Assembly: GCF_000008565.1 (NCBI RefSeq)
Contig: NC_001263.1
Location: forward strand, 541,213 to 573,212
DNA: 32,000 bases
DNA from: Deinococcus radiodurans R1 = ATCC 13939 = DSM 20539
Lineage (GTDB): Bacteria > Deinococcota > Deinococci > Deinococcales > Deinococcaceae
Direction: 5' to 3'
Positions 16,443 through 27,919 of the stretch are shown here, one piece after another. Each line of letters opens with the position of its first letter. Within the stretch, counting starts at the first letter, position 1. Position numbers and translations under genes: made by a program. Below the pieces are notes generated by a model that searched no databases, had not been told where the DNA came from, and saw only the letters and a program-made list of their open reading frames with translations.

Positions 16443-17063
16443 ATGCTCGCCTGGATTCTGGTCGGTGGTCGGCTGACCCCTACGTTCGCCCTTGCTGGGC
16501 TGCCGACGCCAGAGCTGGTGGTCGCGGCGGACGGAGGTGCCCGGCACGCGGCTGCCCTGGGGGTGAAGGTCGACCTCTGGGTGGGCGACTTCGACTCGTC
16601 GGACGGGCTCGAACTGGACGCGCCGCGTGAGGTTCACCCCGTCGCCAAGGACCAGACCGACGCGGAACTCGCGGTGTCGCTTGCCCGGCGGCGGGGGGCC
16701 ACGGAGCTGGTGTTCATCGGTGCCTTTGGCGGACGCTTCGACCATGCGGCGGCGCTGCTGCTCGGCGGGGTGCGGCTGGCCCGTGAAGGGCTCACGGTGA
16801 CGCTCACGAGCGGCGACGAATGGGGCTGGCCGCTGTTGCCGGGGCGCCCGCTGCGGCTGGGGCTCCCGGCAGGCGTGACTCTCAGCGTCCTCGCCTGCAC
16901 GGACCTCGGCGGCCTGTCACTCTCCGGGGTGCGCTGGCCGCTGACGGGGGCAGACATTCCCCTCGGCAGCGGCTGGACACTGAGCAACGAGACGCTGGGC
17001 GGCCCGGTCACGGCCCACCTCGAAACCGGGCACGCGCTCGTCACGGCGCTGTGGGCTGAGTGA
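16443..17063 (+). CDS. thiN: Thiamine pyrophosphokinase
   Basis: VAADGGARH...VDLWVGDFDS...VHPVAKDQTDAELAV matches the TPK catalytic-domain pattern (GDFDS, KD.TD.E.A). Confidence 0.8.
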   Translation: MLAWILVGGRLTPTFALAGLPTPELVVAADGGARHAAALGVKVDLWVGDFDSSDGLELDAPREVHPVAKDQTDAELAVSLARRRGATELVFIGAFGGRFDHAAALLLGGVRLAREGLTVTLTSGDEWGWPLLPGRPLRLGLPAGVTLSVLACTDLGGLSLSGVRWPLTGADIPLGSGWTLSNETLGGPVTAHLETGHALVTALWAE

Positions 17064-17066
17064 GCC

Positions 17067-18485
17067 TCAGGGCTTCCCGGCGGGGCACGCCGCGACGCCG
17101 GGACGCGTCTCGCGGGTAAAGGTGCAGCCGTAGGTGGGGTCGGCCACCACGCTGGGGGTGAGCACGTCGTCGCCCGCCGGTTTCTGCCCGGTCTGCTCCC
17201 AGGCCATCAAGTCGCGGAAGCCCTCGGCGAGTTCGGCCTTCACGAAGTCGCAGTGGCCCGGCGCCCGCACCGCCCGCTGGGCCAGCCATCGCCCGTTGCC
17301 CTGGCCCTCCACGGCGCGGCGGTAGTTCTGCTCGTGTTTGAACGGCACGTAAAAGTCGCCCAGCGTATGCATGGTCAGCACAGGGACCTTGACCCGGCCC
17401 TCGACCACCGGCAGCCAGCGCACGCTGCCGGGCAGCCGGGGGTTGGCCCCCTGATCCGCCGCCACGCGGGGCAGCGCCGCGTTGAAGCTGACCTCGGCGG
17501 GCGTGGGCACGGGGCCGGTGGTCCAGCGGTAGGTCACGGTGCGGTTGTCGTACAGGTTGCGGGCCAGGATGCCGTTCACGGTGCCGTCCGAGCCGCCGGT
17601 GCCGAGGACGGCGTTTTGCAGCGCGCCGGTGCGGAAGCCCAGCTCGAAGACGGGCCGCTCGCCGCCGGTCAGTTGCCGGGCGAGGTCGCGGAGATTGGCC
17701 CCGGCCCCCCCGTTCTCCTGCCAGAGGGGGCCGCTGCTCGACGTGAACAGCGCCGCTTTGATGGCCGGGAGGTTTTTCTGAAAGTCCGCGTTGGGATAGG
17801 TGCCGCCGTACCCGGCGAGCTGCGCGGCGGCCTGCGTGTAGTCCCCGAGCCACTGAAACTCGTACACCGGGTCGAGCACCGCGCACACCGGCATGGACGC
17901 GGCGTAGTTCACCCGCGAGCGCGCCGTTTGCTGCGTCTCGGCTTCCACGGCGGCGCTCGCGACCTGCCCGCCCATGCTCACACCCATGATGACCGTCTTG
18001 CGCGGCGCGGCCTGCCCGGTGAGGCGGGAAAACTCCAGCGCGAGGGCGTTGGTGTCTTCGAGGCCCGCCCGCACGTCGTAGTAGTTGCTCGAGTAGCTGC
18101 TCGCCCCCCACGCGTAGCCCTGCGCGAGCCACTCGGCGCGCAGGGAGGGCGTCTGCACCTTGAGGTCAGCCCCCATTCCCGCGTAGCCGTGGGCGTACAT
18201 CACCAGCGTGCCGTTCCAGTTGTGCGGCACCTCCACCACGTACGCCGCCTGCCCCTGAATGCCCGGGTAAAGCCCCTGAAAGAGCTGGGCGCCGGGCAGC
18301 GCCGTCAGCGTGGGTGTTATGGGATTAAAGGTTCGGGTGTCCTGAAGCCGCTTGGGTATGGCAGCCGGTTCCGGCTCTGAAGAGGTGCAAGCAGTGAGAA
18401 GGGCCGGCACGAGCAGCAGGGCAGAGAGCCAGAGCGGAGAACGGGCAGTGACACGGCGGGGCGCAGACGGGGCAGAACGCGGCAT
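17067..18485 (-). CDS. Alpha/beta-hydrolase-fold lipoprotein (putative esterase)
   Basis: The ATG at 18485 is preceded by GGAGAGG. The leader MPRSAPSAPRRVTARSPLWLSALLLVPALLTAC carries a lipobox. Nucleophile elbow GVSMGG; C-terminal GHCDF. The track's 753-aa ORF is an in-frame upstream extension that overlaps a better plus-strand gene. Confidence 0.75.
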   Translation of the reverse strand: MPRSAPSAPRRVTARSPLWLSALLLVPALLTACTSSEPEPAAIPKRLQDTRTFNPITPTLTALPGAQLFQGLYPGIQGQAAYVVEVPHNWNGTLVMYAHGYAGMGADLKVQTPSLRAEWLAQGYAWGASSYSSNYYDVRAGLEDTNALALEFSRLTGQAAPRKTVIMGVSMGGQVASAAVEAETQQTARSRVNYAASMPVCAVLDPVYEFQWLGDYTQAAAQLAGYGGTYPNADFQKNLPAIKAALFTSSSGPLWQENGGAGANLRDLARQLTGGERPVFELGFRTGALQNAVLGTGGSDGTVNGILARNLYDNRTVTYRWTTGPVPTPAEVSFNAALPRVAADQGANPRLPGSVRWLPVVEGRVKVPVLTMHTLGDFYVPFKHEQNYRRAVEGQGNGRWLAQRAVRAPGHCDFVKAELAEGFRDLMAWEQTGQKPAGDDVLTPSVVADPTYGCTFTRETRPGVAACPAGKP

Positions 18486-18635
18486 AAAGACCTCTCCAAA
18501 AGGCAAAAGGGGGAAGGCGGCAACGGATTGTGCAAGGAACGGCTCCCATTGAGCGCCCGGCGGGCAAGGGCATTCGTGACCGAAGACGCATTTCGCTGGA
18601 ACGTCCGGCATGGCGTCCGCGTATTCTCCAGCGTG

Positions 18636-19262
18636 ATGAACCGACGTGGGCCGGGCTGTGGCTGTTTGGGATGTGGCGGCACGACGCTGCTGGTGCTGGC
18701 GCTGCTGGCGTTTGCCGCGTGGACTTTCGTGGTCAAACCGGCGCGCGACTTCGTGGCGGGTTGGCAGACCCCAAGTACCCAAAGCACTGCCGCCCGGCCC
18801 CCGGCGCCGCAGGGCGACGTGAACGCGCCGCTCACCCAGGCCGACGTGCAGAGGTTCGTGCGGGTGCGCCGGCAGGTCCGCAGCGCGCTCGGCCCGAGCT
18901 TCGGCGAGTTGCAGAAGGTGTGGCAGGACGCGCAGAGCGGGCAGTCGCCCAGCCTGACGCAACTCCTCGCCGTGATGCGCCAGACTGCCGACCACGTGGG
19001 CGCCGCCCGCCAGGCCCAGCAAGCGGCGCTCGCCAAAGAAGGCATGAGCAACGAGCGCTACGCCGTCGTCCGCGCCGGGGTCAACCGGGCGCTGGGGCTG
19101 CCCTCGTTCGACCTGAAAAAGATTGCCGAGGGGCTGCAAAATGGTCAGCTTCCCGACCTCGATACCAGCGTCAAACCGGCCACCCCTGAAGAAAAGGCGC
19201 TCGTGGCGCCCTTCGACCCGGAGCTGCGGGCTTCGGCAGCGGCGGGGCTGCTGGGGCTCTGA
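18636..19262 (+). CDS. Hypothetical N-terminally membrane-anchored protein
   Basis: MNRRGPGCGCLGCGGTTLLVLALLAFAAWTFVV (Cys-rich stretch plus TM helix) is followed by a helical Gln/Ala-rich domain. Third codon positions are strongly GC-rich. A hairpin plus T-run follows the stop. No family recognised. Confidence 0.6.
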   Translation: MNRRGPGCGCLGCGGTTLLVLALLAFAAWTFVVKPARDFVAGWQTPSTQSTAARPPAPQGDVNAPLTQADVQRFVRVRRQVRSALGPSFGELQKVWQDAQSGQSPSLTQLLAVMRQTADHVGAARQAQQAALAKEGMSNERYAVVRAGVNRALGLPSFDLKKIAEGLQNGQLPDLDTSVKPATPEEKALVAPFDPELRASAAAGLLGL

Positions 19263-19337
19263 TACGTGCTGCGTCCAATTCCCTAAAACCCGGAAAAACG
19301 CCGGATTTTTGTCCATTTCCCGCAGCACGTATTTTTT
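19262..19337 (+). terminator. Long-loop hairpin with T-run (terminator-like or small repeat element)
   Basis: ATACGTGCTGCG (19262-19273) pairs perfectly with CGCAGCACGTAT (19321-19332), followed by TTTTT. The loop holds a nested AAAACCCGG/CCGGATTTT hairpin. Confidence 0.5.
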
Positions 19338-19375
19338 GCCACTCGCTCCGCTCTGCTTTGCAGCTTTACAAGTCG

Positions 19376-19406
19376 GGTTTCATCGCTAAGTGTTAGCGAT
19401 GAAACC
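19376..19406. repeat. Perfect 14-bp palindromic hairpin (3-nt loop) upstream of hemL
   Basis: GGTTTCATCGCTAA-GTG-TTAGCGATGAAACC. There is no flanking T-run on either strand. Confidence 0.85.
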
Positions 19407-19502
19407 GCATTTCGTATGAGAGAGCTGTCTCAAGGCCAGGTCAATCTCAGAACCTGAGCGGCAAGACGCTTGCCCTCACCTCGGTTCGCTAGCCTACGGA
19501 AC

Positions 19503-20837
19503 ATGACCCTTTCCGAAACTCACCCCACCGCACGCTCCGAGGCGCTGTTTGTCCGCGCCCGCGCCGTGACCCCCGGCGGCGTCAACAGTCCGGTGCGCGC
19601 CTTTCGCAGCGTGGGCGGCGTGCCGCGCTTCATCGCCTCGGCGCAGGGGGCGTACCTCACCGACGCCGACGGCGCGCGTTACCTCGACTACATCGGCTCG
19701 TGGGGGCCGATGATTCTGGGCCACAACCACCCGGCGGTCAGAGACGCGGTGGCGCAGGCACTGGCGAGCGGCACGTCCTTCGGGGCACCCAACGAGCGCG
19801 AGGTCGAACTCGCCGAACTCATCGTCGAACTGACCGGGGCCGAGCGGGTGCGCTTCGTGAGCAGCGGCACCGAGGCGACCATGAGCGCGCTGCGGCTGGC
19901 ACGCGGCTATACCGGGCGCAAGTTCATCGTCAAATTTCGTGGGAATTACCACGGACATGCCGATGGCCTGCTCGTTGAGGCGGGCAGCGGCCTGCTGACG
20001 AACGCCGAAGGCGACCTCGGCGCGGCGGCCCCGAGCAGCGCGGGCGTGCCCGAGGAGTACGCCGGGCTGACGCTGGTGCTCGACTACAACGACCCGGAAG
20101 CGCTCGACGCCCTGATGGCGCAGCGCGGCGACGAGATTGCCGCCGTGATTTTCGAGCCGGTGGTGGGCAACGCCGGGGTGCTTATTCCCACGTCCGACTT
20201 TCTGGCCGCGCTGCACCGGGTGCGCGACTTCGGCGCCGTGTTGATTGCCGACGAGGTGATGACCGGCTTCCGGCTCTCGCTCAACGGGGCAACTGGGCTG
20301 CTGAGCCTTGACCCTGACCTGCGCTGCTGGGGCAAGATTGTGGGCGGCGGGCTGCCGGTGGGTGCCTACGGAGGCCGCGCCGACATCATGGATTTCGTGT
20401 CGCCGCAGGGGCCGGTGTATCAGGCGGGCACGCTGAGCGGCAACCCGCTGGCGATGGCCGCCGGAATCGCCACCCTGCGCGAGCTGAAGGCGAACCCGGG
20501 GCTTTACCGGCAGCTCGACGAGTACGCGGCCCGGCTGGCAGCGGGCCTGCGCGGAGCGGCGGAGCGGGCCGGGGTGGCGGTCAGCATCAACCACATCGGC
20601 TCGATGCTGACGGTGTTTTTTCAGGACGCGCCCGACGGCTCGGTGCGCGACTACGCGGCGGCGGCCCGCAGCGACACGGCGGCGTTCGCGGCGTGGTTCC
20701 AGGGGCTGCTCGCGCGCGGCATCTACTGGGCGCCCTCGCAGTTTGAAAGTATCTTCATCAGCGCGGCACACGGCGAGCCGGAGTTGGCTGCCACACTGGA
20801 AGCCGCCGCACAGGCCTTTGAAGGAGTCAAACCGTGA
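19503..20837 (+). CDS. hemL: Glutamate-1-semialdehyde 2,1-aminomutase
   Basis: SEALFVRARAVTPGGVNSPVRAFRSVGG, YLDYIGSWGPMILGHNHP, ADEVMTGFR, WGKIVGGGLPVGAYGG and YQAGTLSGNPLAMAAG are all classic HemL motifs. The ATG at 19503 is the first Met after the TTG-extended track start. Confidence 0.95.
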   Translation: MTLSETHPTARSEALFVRARAVTPGGVNSPVRAFRSVGGVPRFIASAQGAYLTDADGARYLDYIGSWGPMILGHNHPAVRDAVAQALASGTSFGAPNEREVELAELIVELTGAERVRFVSSGTEATMSALRLARGYTGRKFIVKFRGNYHGHADGLLVEAGSGLLTNAEGDLGAAAPSSAGVPEEYAGLTLVLDYNDPEALDALMAQRGDEIAAVIFEPVVGNAGVLIPTSDFLAALHRVRDFGAVLIADEVMTGFRLSLNGATGLLSLDPDLRCWGKIVGGGLPVGAYGGRADIMDFVSPQGPVYQAGTLSGNPLAMAAGIATLRELKANPGLYRQLDEYAARLAAGLRGAAERAGVAVSINHIGSMLTVFFQDAPDGSVRDYAAAARSDTAAFAAWFQGLLARGIYWAPSQFESIFISAAHGEPELAATLEAAAQAFEGVKP

Positions 20838-21262
20838 CCGAGCTGCGTCAACCGTCCGAAATCGCCCAGGCCCTGAGTCAGAGCAAAGTCGTCGCCGTGG
20901 TGGGGTTTCACCACGACCCGATGAAACCGGCCCACTACGTGCCCGAGTACCTCAGCCGCCAGGGCTACACCGTTATTCCCGTCAACCCCAGCCTCGCCGA
21001 GCGTGGTCAGAGCTTCTTCGGACAAAAAGCCGTGTCCAGCCTGGCCGAAATCGCCACGCCGGTAGACATCGTCGAGGTGTTTCGCCGCAGCGACAAGGTG
21101 CCCGAGCACCTGCCCGACATCCTGTCCATGTCGCCCGCGCCCCGGCTGGTGTGGATGCAGCAGGGCATCCGCAACGAGGCCGTGGCCCGCACGCTGCATG
21201 AGGCCGGCATCGACGTGGTGCAGGACCGCTGCATGCTGACCGACCACCGCGGCCTGCTGTAA
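20834..21262 (+). CDS. CoA-binding domain protein (YccU/YneT-like)
   Basis: KVVAVVGFHHDPMKPAHYVPEYLSRQGYTVIPVNP matches the CoA_binding_2 pattern. The GTG start overlaps the hemL stop (GTGA). Confidence 0.8.
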   Translation: MTELRQPSEIAQALSQSKVVAVVGFHHDPMKPAHYVPEYLSRQGYTVIPVNPSLAERGQSFFGQKAVSSLAEIATPVDIVEVFRRSDKVPEHLPDILSMSPAPRLVWMQQGIRNEAVARTLHEAGIDVVQDRCMLTDHRGLL

Positions 21263-21271
21263 AAGCCAGTG

Positions 21272-22101
21272 TCAGGAAACAGGTGAGGGAACTTCCCCGC
21301 CTGTTTCTTCTTTGGTCTCGGCCTGCGCCGCGTGGACCCGGATGTCGCCGTACATCTCTGGCTGCTCGACCTGAAAGCTGCCTTCCTTGACGCCTTCGAG
21401 CAGCGCCGCGAAATAGGTGGTGCGCTCGCCCCAGTCGTCCGCGTGCACCGTCCAGAAGTCGAAGACCCGCAGCCGTGACCCGAAGGCCCGCAGCGCCGTG
21501 AGCGCGTCGGCGAGGCTCAGGCGTTCGCGGGCCAGCAGCGGCACCTCGACCTGTCGCACGGCATTTTGGGCGGCGCGTACCAGCTTGGCGAGGCTCCCCT
21601 GCGGATTGCGGGGCCGCTCGCGCCGGGGAAGCGTGACCGGCGCTGGGCGGGCAGGCAGCAACCCCTCCCGCGCCTGCCGCCGCGCCGCCAGAAAAGCGAC
21701 CAGCGAGCCGAGTTCGGCCAGTGCCTCCACCCCTTCCAGGACCTCGTCGAAGCCATCGTCAGCGCCCCAATCGTCCGCTACGTCCTCGGGTTCGGGCCGG
21801 GGCAGCAGCAACCGCGCCTTGAGGGCAATCACACCCGCCAGCGTGGGCAGCAGGTCCGGGTGGGCGTCGGCAAAAGCGGCGGGACTCTGCCCAGTAACGC
21901 CCAGCCCAGTAACGCCCAGCCCGGTGACGCCCTCCGCCCACGCCAGCACCTCGCGGGTGAGCTGAAGCAGGGGCACTTCGCCCGGCAAGAGCCGCTCCGA
22001 ACGCAGCGCGGCGGCGAGTTCGCCCAGAGTGCCCTCGAAGACGGGAAGCTGAACGTGAAAGCCGGGGTGGGTAGTTTCTTTCGTGACCGCTTTGCCCGCA
22101 A

Positions 22102-22105
<4 letters not shown>
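21272..22105 (-). CDS. scpA: Segregation and condensation protein A (kleisin ScpA)
   Basis: N-terminal FHVQLPVFEGTLGELAAALRSERLLPGEVPLLQLTREVLAW fits the ScpA pattern (FeGPLDLLL.LI....i....i.i..it.qyl). The GTG start overlaps the trpS stop (GTGA at 22102-22105). Confidence 0.8.
21890..21934 (-). repeat. In-frame 15-bp tandem triplication inside scpA
   Basis: CCCAGTAACGCCCAG occurs twice exactly (21890-21904 and 21905-21919), followed by the diverged copy CCCGGTGACGCCCTC (21920-21934). Together they encode GVTGLGVTGLGVTG. Confidence 0.9.
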
Positions 22106-23094
<989 letters not shown>

Positions 23095-23132
23095 ACCGGG
23101 GAATTGTAGCGGTCAGGCTCGGCGTGGGGGGC

Positions 23133-23161
23133 TTGCCAGATTGCCCCGCGCTCTGTTAATC
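23133..23161 (+). promoter_or_regulatory. Candidate sigma70 promoter for tRNA-Ala
   Basis: TTGCCA (23133-23138), a 17-nt spacer, then TTAATC (23156-23161), about 14 nt before the tRNA 5' end. Confidence 0.4.
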
Positions 23162-23175
23162 TCACCACTCGCTGA

Positions 23176-23250
<75 letters not shown>

Positions 23251-23253
23251 GAG

Positions 23254-23290
23254 AAACCACTGTCTACGGGCGGTGGTTCTTTTTTGTTTC
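23254..23290 (+). terminator. Possible terminator after tRNA-Ala
   Basis: The AACCAC/GTGGTT stem (23255-23260 and 23273-23278) has a 12-nt loop and is followed by CTTTTTTGTTT. Confidence 0.45.
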
Positions 23291-23324
23291 GGCGGAGACT
23301 TTTGTGTCACAAGACAGCACAGAA

Positions 23325-23356
23325 ATAAAAAGCCCCCGGCGTTCACCGGGGTTTTC
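23325..23356 (-). terminator. Rho-independent terminator after tRNA-Val
   Basis: The minus strand reads CCCCGG-TGAACG-CCGGGG followed by CTTTTTATTT. On the plus strand the stem spans 23334-23351. Confidence 0.6.
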
Positions 23357-23358
23357 TC

Positions 23359-23433
23359 TGGTGGGCGATGAGGGATTTGAACCCCCGACCAATCGCTTGT
23401 AAGGCGAGCGCTCTACCGCTGAGCTAATCGCCC
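23359..23433 (-). tRNA. tRNA-Val (anticodon UAC)
   Basis: The reverse complement is GGGCGATTAGCTCAGCGGTAGAGCGCTCGCCTTACAAGCGATTGGTCGGGGGTTCAAATCCCTCATCGCCCACCA. Acceptor GGGCGAT/ATCGCCC, anticodon loop CTTACAA, T arm GGGGG-TTCAAAT-CCCTC, encoded CCA. There is one C27-U43 mismatch in the anticodon stem. Confidence 0.9.
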
Positions 23434-23503
23434 GCCGCGCTACGGGGCACAGCGAAGAGCAATCCTAGCGGCTTCCCCCAGTCAGCGCAAGGGGCGGGGA
23501 GGC

Positions 23504-25066
<1,563 letters not shown>

Positions 25067-25190
25067 GGCGGACCTCCAACGGGGCACAAAAGTGGGAACG
25101 TCGTCATCGCTCTATCTTGAGGGCAAACGGCGCGGGAAGAGTCACGGGCAGCACACTGGCCCCCGCCTCCCTTCCCCTCAGGACAGACTC

Positions 25191-26216
25191 TCAGCGCGTG
25201 GCGCGGGCGACGTCGATGAGCTGAAGCACCGCCGCCGTGTCGAAGGGATTGCCCACCCGGTAGCCGTCCACGAACACGGTGGGGGTGGCATTCAGGCCCA
25301 GTTGCTGTGCCTCGGCCAGTCCCGCGTCCACCCCGGCCTTGCCGCCGCGCAGGGCGAGGCAGTCCTTGAACTTGCCCGGGTCGAGCTTCAGGTCGCCCGC
25401 CAGCCGCAGGAAAGTCTCGTTGGGGTTGTTCTGGAGCCAGGAGCGGTCACGGAACAGCGCGTCCTTGTAGTCCCAGAAGCGGCCCTGCTGCGCGGCGCAT
25501 TCGCTCGCTTCGGCGGCGGGACGGGCGAGCGGGTGAATCTGCTCCAGCGGAAACTGGTGAAACTCCACGCGCACGTCGTCGGGCAGGGCGCGCAGCAGCG
25601 CCGGCATGGTTTCAAGTTCGAGCTTCTGGCAGTAGGGGCACTGGAAATCGCTGTAGACGCGCAGCACCACGTCCTTGCCGGGCTTGGCGGCCGGGCGCAG
25701 GTTCTTGGTCGCCGTGAACTGTCCGGCGGGCACCTGGGTCATGGACAGCTTGAGCACCAGCGCCCGGCCCTGCACCTGCGCCTGAATGGTCAGGGGGGGC
25801 GCGTCCACCGTCACGCCCTGCGGAAGCTGCTTGACCACGTCGGGCTGGCGCAAAAATTGAAGCAGCGGAGCGCTTAGACCCTCGCCGTAGCCGGTGACGG
25901 CCCCGACGGTCTGGGCGGCCAGCGCCGACCCGCCCACGCGCTGCTCGACGCTGCCGGCGGCCACCGCCGTGTCGCTGCTGCCGCTGATGCCCTGCGGCTC
26001 GGTGTACGGCGTGGTGATGGTCACGGTGGTCAGCCGGCCCCCGCGCTGGCCGAGCACCACGTTGACTCCACTCTTCAGGGTGATGATGCCGGCGCGGCTC
26101 GTCTGCGCCCCCACGAACAGGGGAGACTTGAGCAGCGCGTCGGTCGGCTGGCCGAGCTGGGCGTGGGCCGAGGGCAGCAGCAAGGCGCCGAGCAGCGCCG
26201 CGAGCAATCTTTTCAT
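25191..26216 (-). CDS. Secreted DsbA-like thiol:disulfide oxidoreductase with an N-terminal extra domain
   Basis: The ATG at 26216 gives the signal peptide MKRLLAALLGALLLPSAHA/Q. The C-terminal thioredoxin fold carries YSDFQCPYCQ (CxxC). Confidence 0.8.
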   Translation of the reverse strand: MKRLLAALLGALLLPSAHAQLGQPTDALLKSPLFVGAQTSRAGIITLKSGVNVVLGQRGGRLTTVTITTPYTEPQGISGSSDTAVAAGSVEQRVGGSALAAQTVGAVTGYGEGLSAPLLQFLRQPDVVKQLPQGVTVDAPPLTIQAQVQGRALVLKLSMTQVPAGQFTATKNLRPAAKPGKDVVLRVYSDFQCPYCQKLELETMPALLRALPDDVRVEFHQFPLEQIHPLARPAAEASECAAQQGRFWDYKDALFRDRSWLQNNPNETFLRLAGDLKLDPGKFKDCLALRGGKAGVDAGLAEAQQLGLNATPTVFVDGYRVGNPFDTAAVLQLIDVARATR

Positions 26217-26300
26217 GGCCCACAGCATAGAGGCGGGTGCTGGCGATTTTCTGACTTCTGCGGCGAAGCAGCGGGCACACATCCGGAGCAGTGGCCCACC

Positions 26301-26380
26301 CCACCATGCCCACCCCAGCATGCCCGGCCCACCATGCCCGGCCTACCATGCCCGGCCTACCATGCCCGGCCTACCATGAG
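26301..26380. repeat. 14-bp tandem repeat array (~5.7 copies) in a divergent intergenic region
   Basis: Copies are CCACCATGCCCACC (26301), CCAGCATGCCCGGC (26315), CCACCATGCCCGGC (26329), CTACCATGCCCGGC (26343), CTACCATGCCCGGC (26357) and the partial CTACCATGAG (26371). Confidence 0.9.
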
Positions 26381-26584
26381 TGTCAGTTCAGGAAAAAACA
26401 TAACCGGGGGTCGGTTATACTGCTGCCGAGCCATACCGACTCACCACCGCCGGGCCTGTCCCGCCCCTTTGCTGCCTTGACCTCCACGGAGCGGCCTCCC
26501 CCTTGCTTGGGCCGTGCTCGCTCACGGGCCGGGGCCGCGCGGTGACCAACCCCTTAGAGCTCTCCCTTTTCGAGCCCTTTTCAG

Positions 26585-26598
26585 TGGAACCGGTTCCC
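26585..26598. promoter_or_regulatory. LacI-family-type palindromic operator candidate upstream of the sugar ABC operon
   Basis: TGGAACCGGTTCCC contains the perfect 12-bp palindrome GGAACCGGTTCC. It fits 13/14 positions of the generic LacI-family pattern TGnAAnCGnTTnCA. It ends 29 nt before the malE-like ATG. Confidence 0.45.
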
Positions 26599-26627
26599 TC
26601 TTGTGTGGGAGCCGCCCGAGGAGACCC

Positions 26628-27809
<1,182 letters not shown>

Positions 27810-27823
27810 CAGAATTCCCCGGC

Positions 27824-27870
27824 TCAGAGGCGCGGCATAGTCCGTGCCCCTGGGCCTCTTTTCCTTTTTA
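27824..27870 (+). terminator. Possible intercistronic attenuator/terminator after the binding-protein gene
   Basis: The AGAGGC (27826-27831) / GCCTCT (27854-27859) stem has inner GGCA/TGCC pairing and is followed by TTTTCCTTTTT. Confidence 0.4.
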
Positions 27871-27919
27871 GCCCGCTGAGGGTGCTCGCTCTTCGTGCTG
27901 ACTGTTTCTGGGAGTTTCT

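Noticed and set aside
17041-18380. Arg/Pro/Gly-rich ORFs 17041-18132 (-) and 17253-18380 (+)
   Set aside because: These are alternate-frame and antisense reads through the alpha/beta-hydrolase lipoprotein gene. Extreme Arg/Pro/Gly content marks them as non-coding frames of GC-rich DNA.
18486-19328. Upstream 281 codons of the 753-aa minus-strand ORF
   Set aside because: A strong SD (GGAGAGG) and a lipoprotein signal peptide begin at the Met at 18485. The upstream part is antisense to a plus-strand ORF (18636-19262) that has better codon bias and a TM anchor.
19494-20771. 425-aa minus-strand ORF
   Set aside because: It is antisense to hemL and Arg/Ala/Pro/Gly-rich with no motifs. hemL on the plus strand is unambiguous.
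23095-23175. Possible T-box leader upstream of trpS
   Set aside because: Only ~80 nt separate the trpS start from the divergent tRNA-Ala gene. That is too short for a T-box, and no T-box consensus (AANNNGGGTGGNACCGCG-like) is visible.
26163-26545. ORFs 26163-26480 and 26291-26545 with periodic PTMPGLPCPAYHAR sequence
   Set aside because: The 14-aa periodicity is simply the 14-bp DNA tandem repeat read in three frames. There is no SD and the region is a divergent promoter, so these are not coding.
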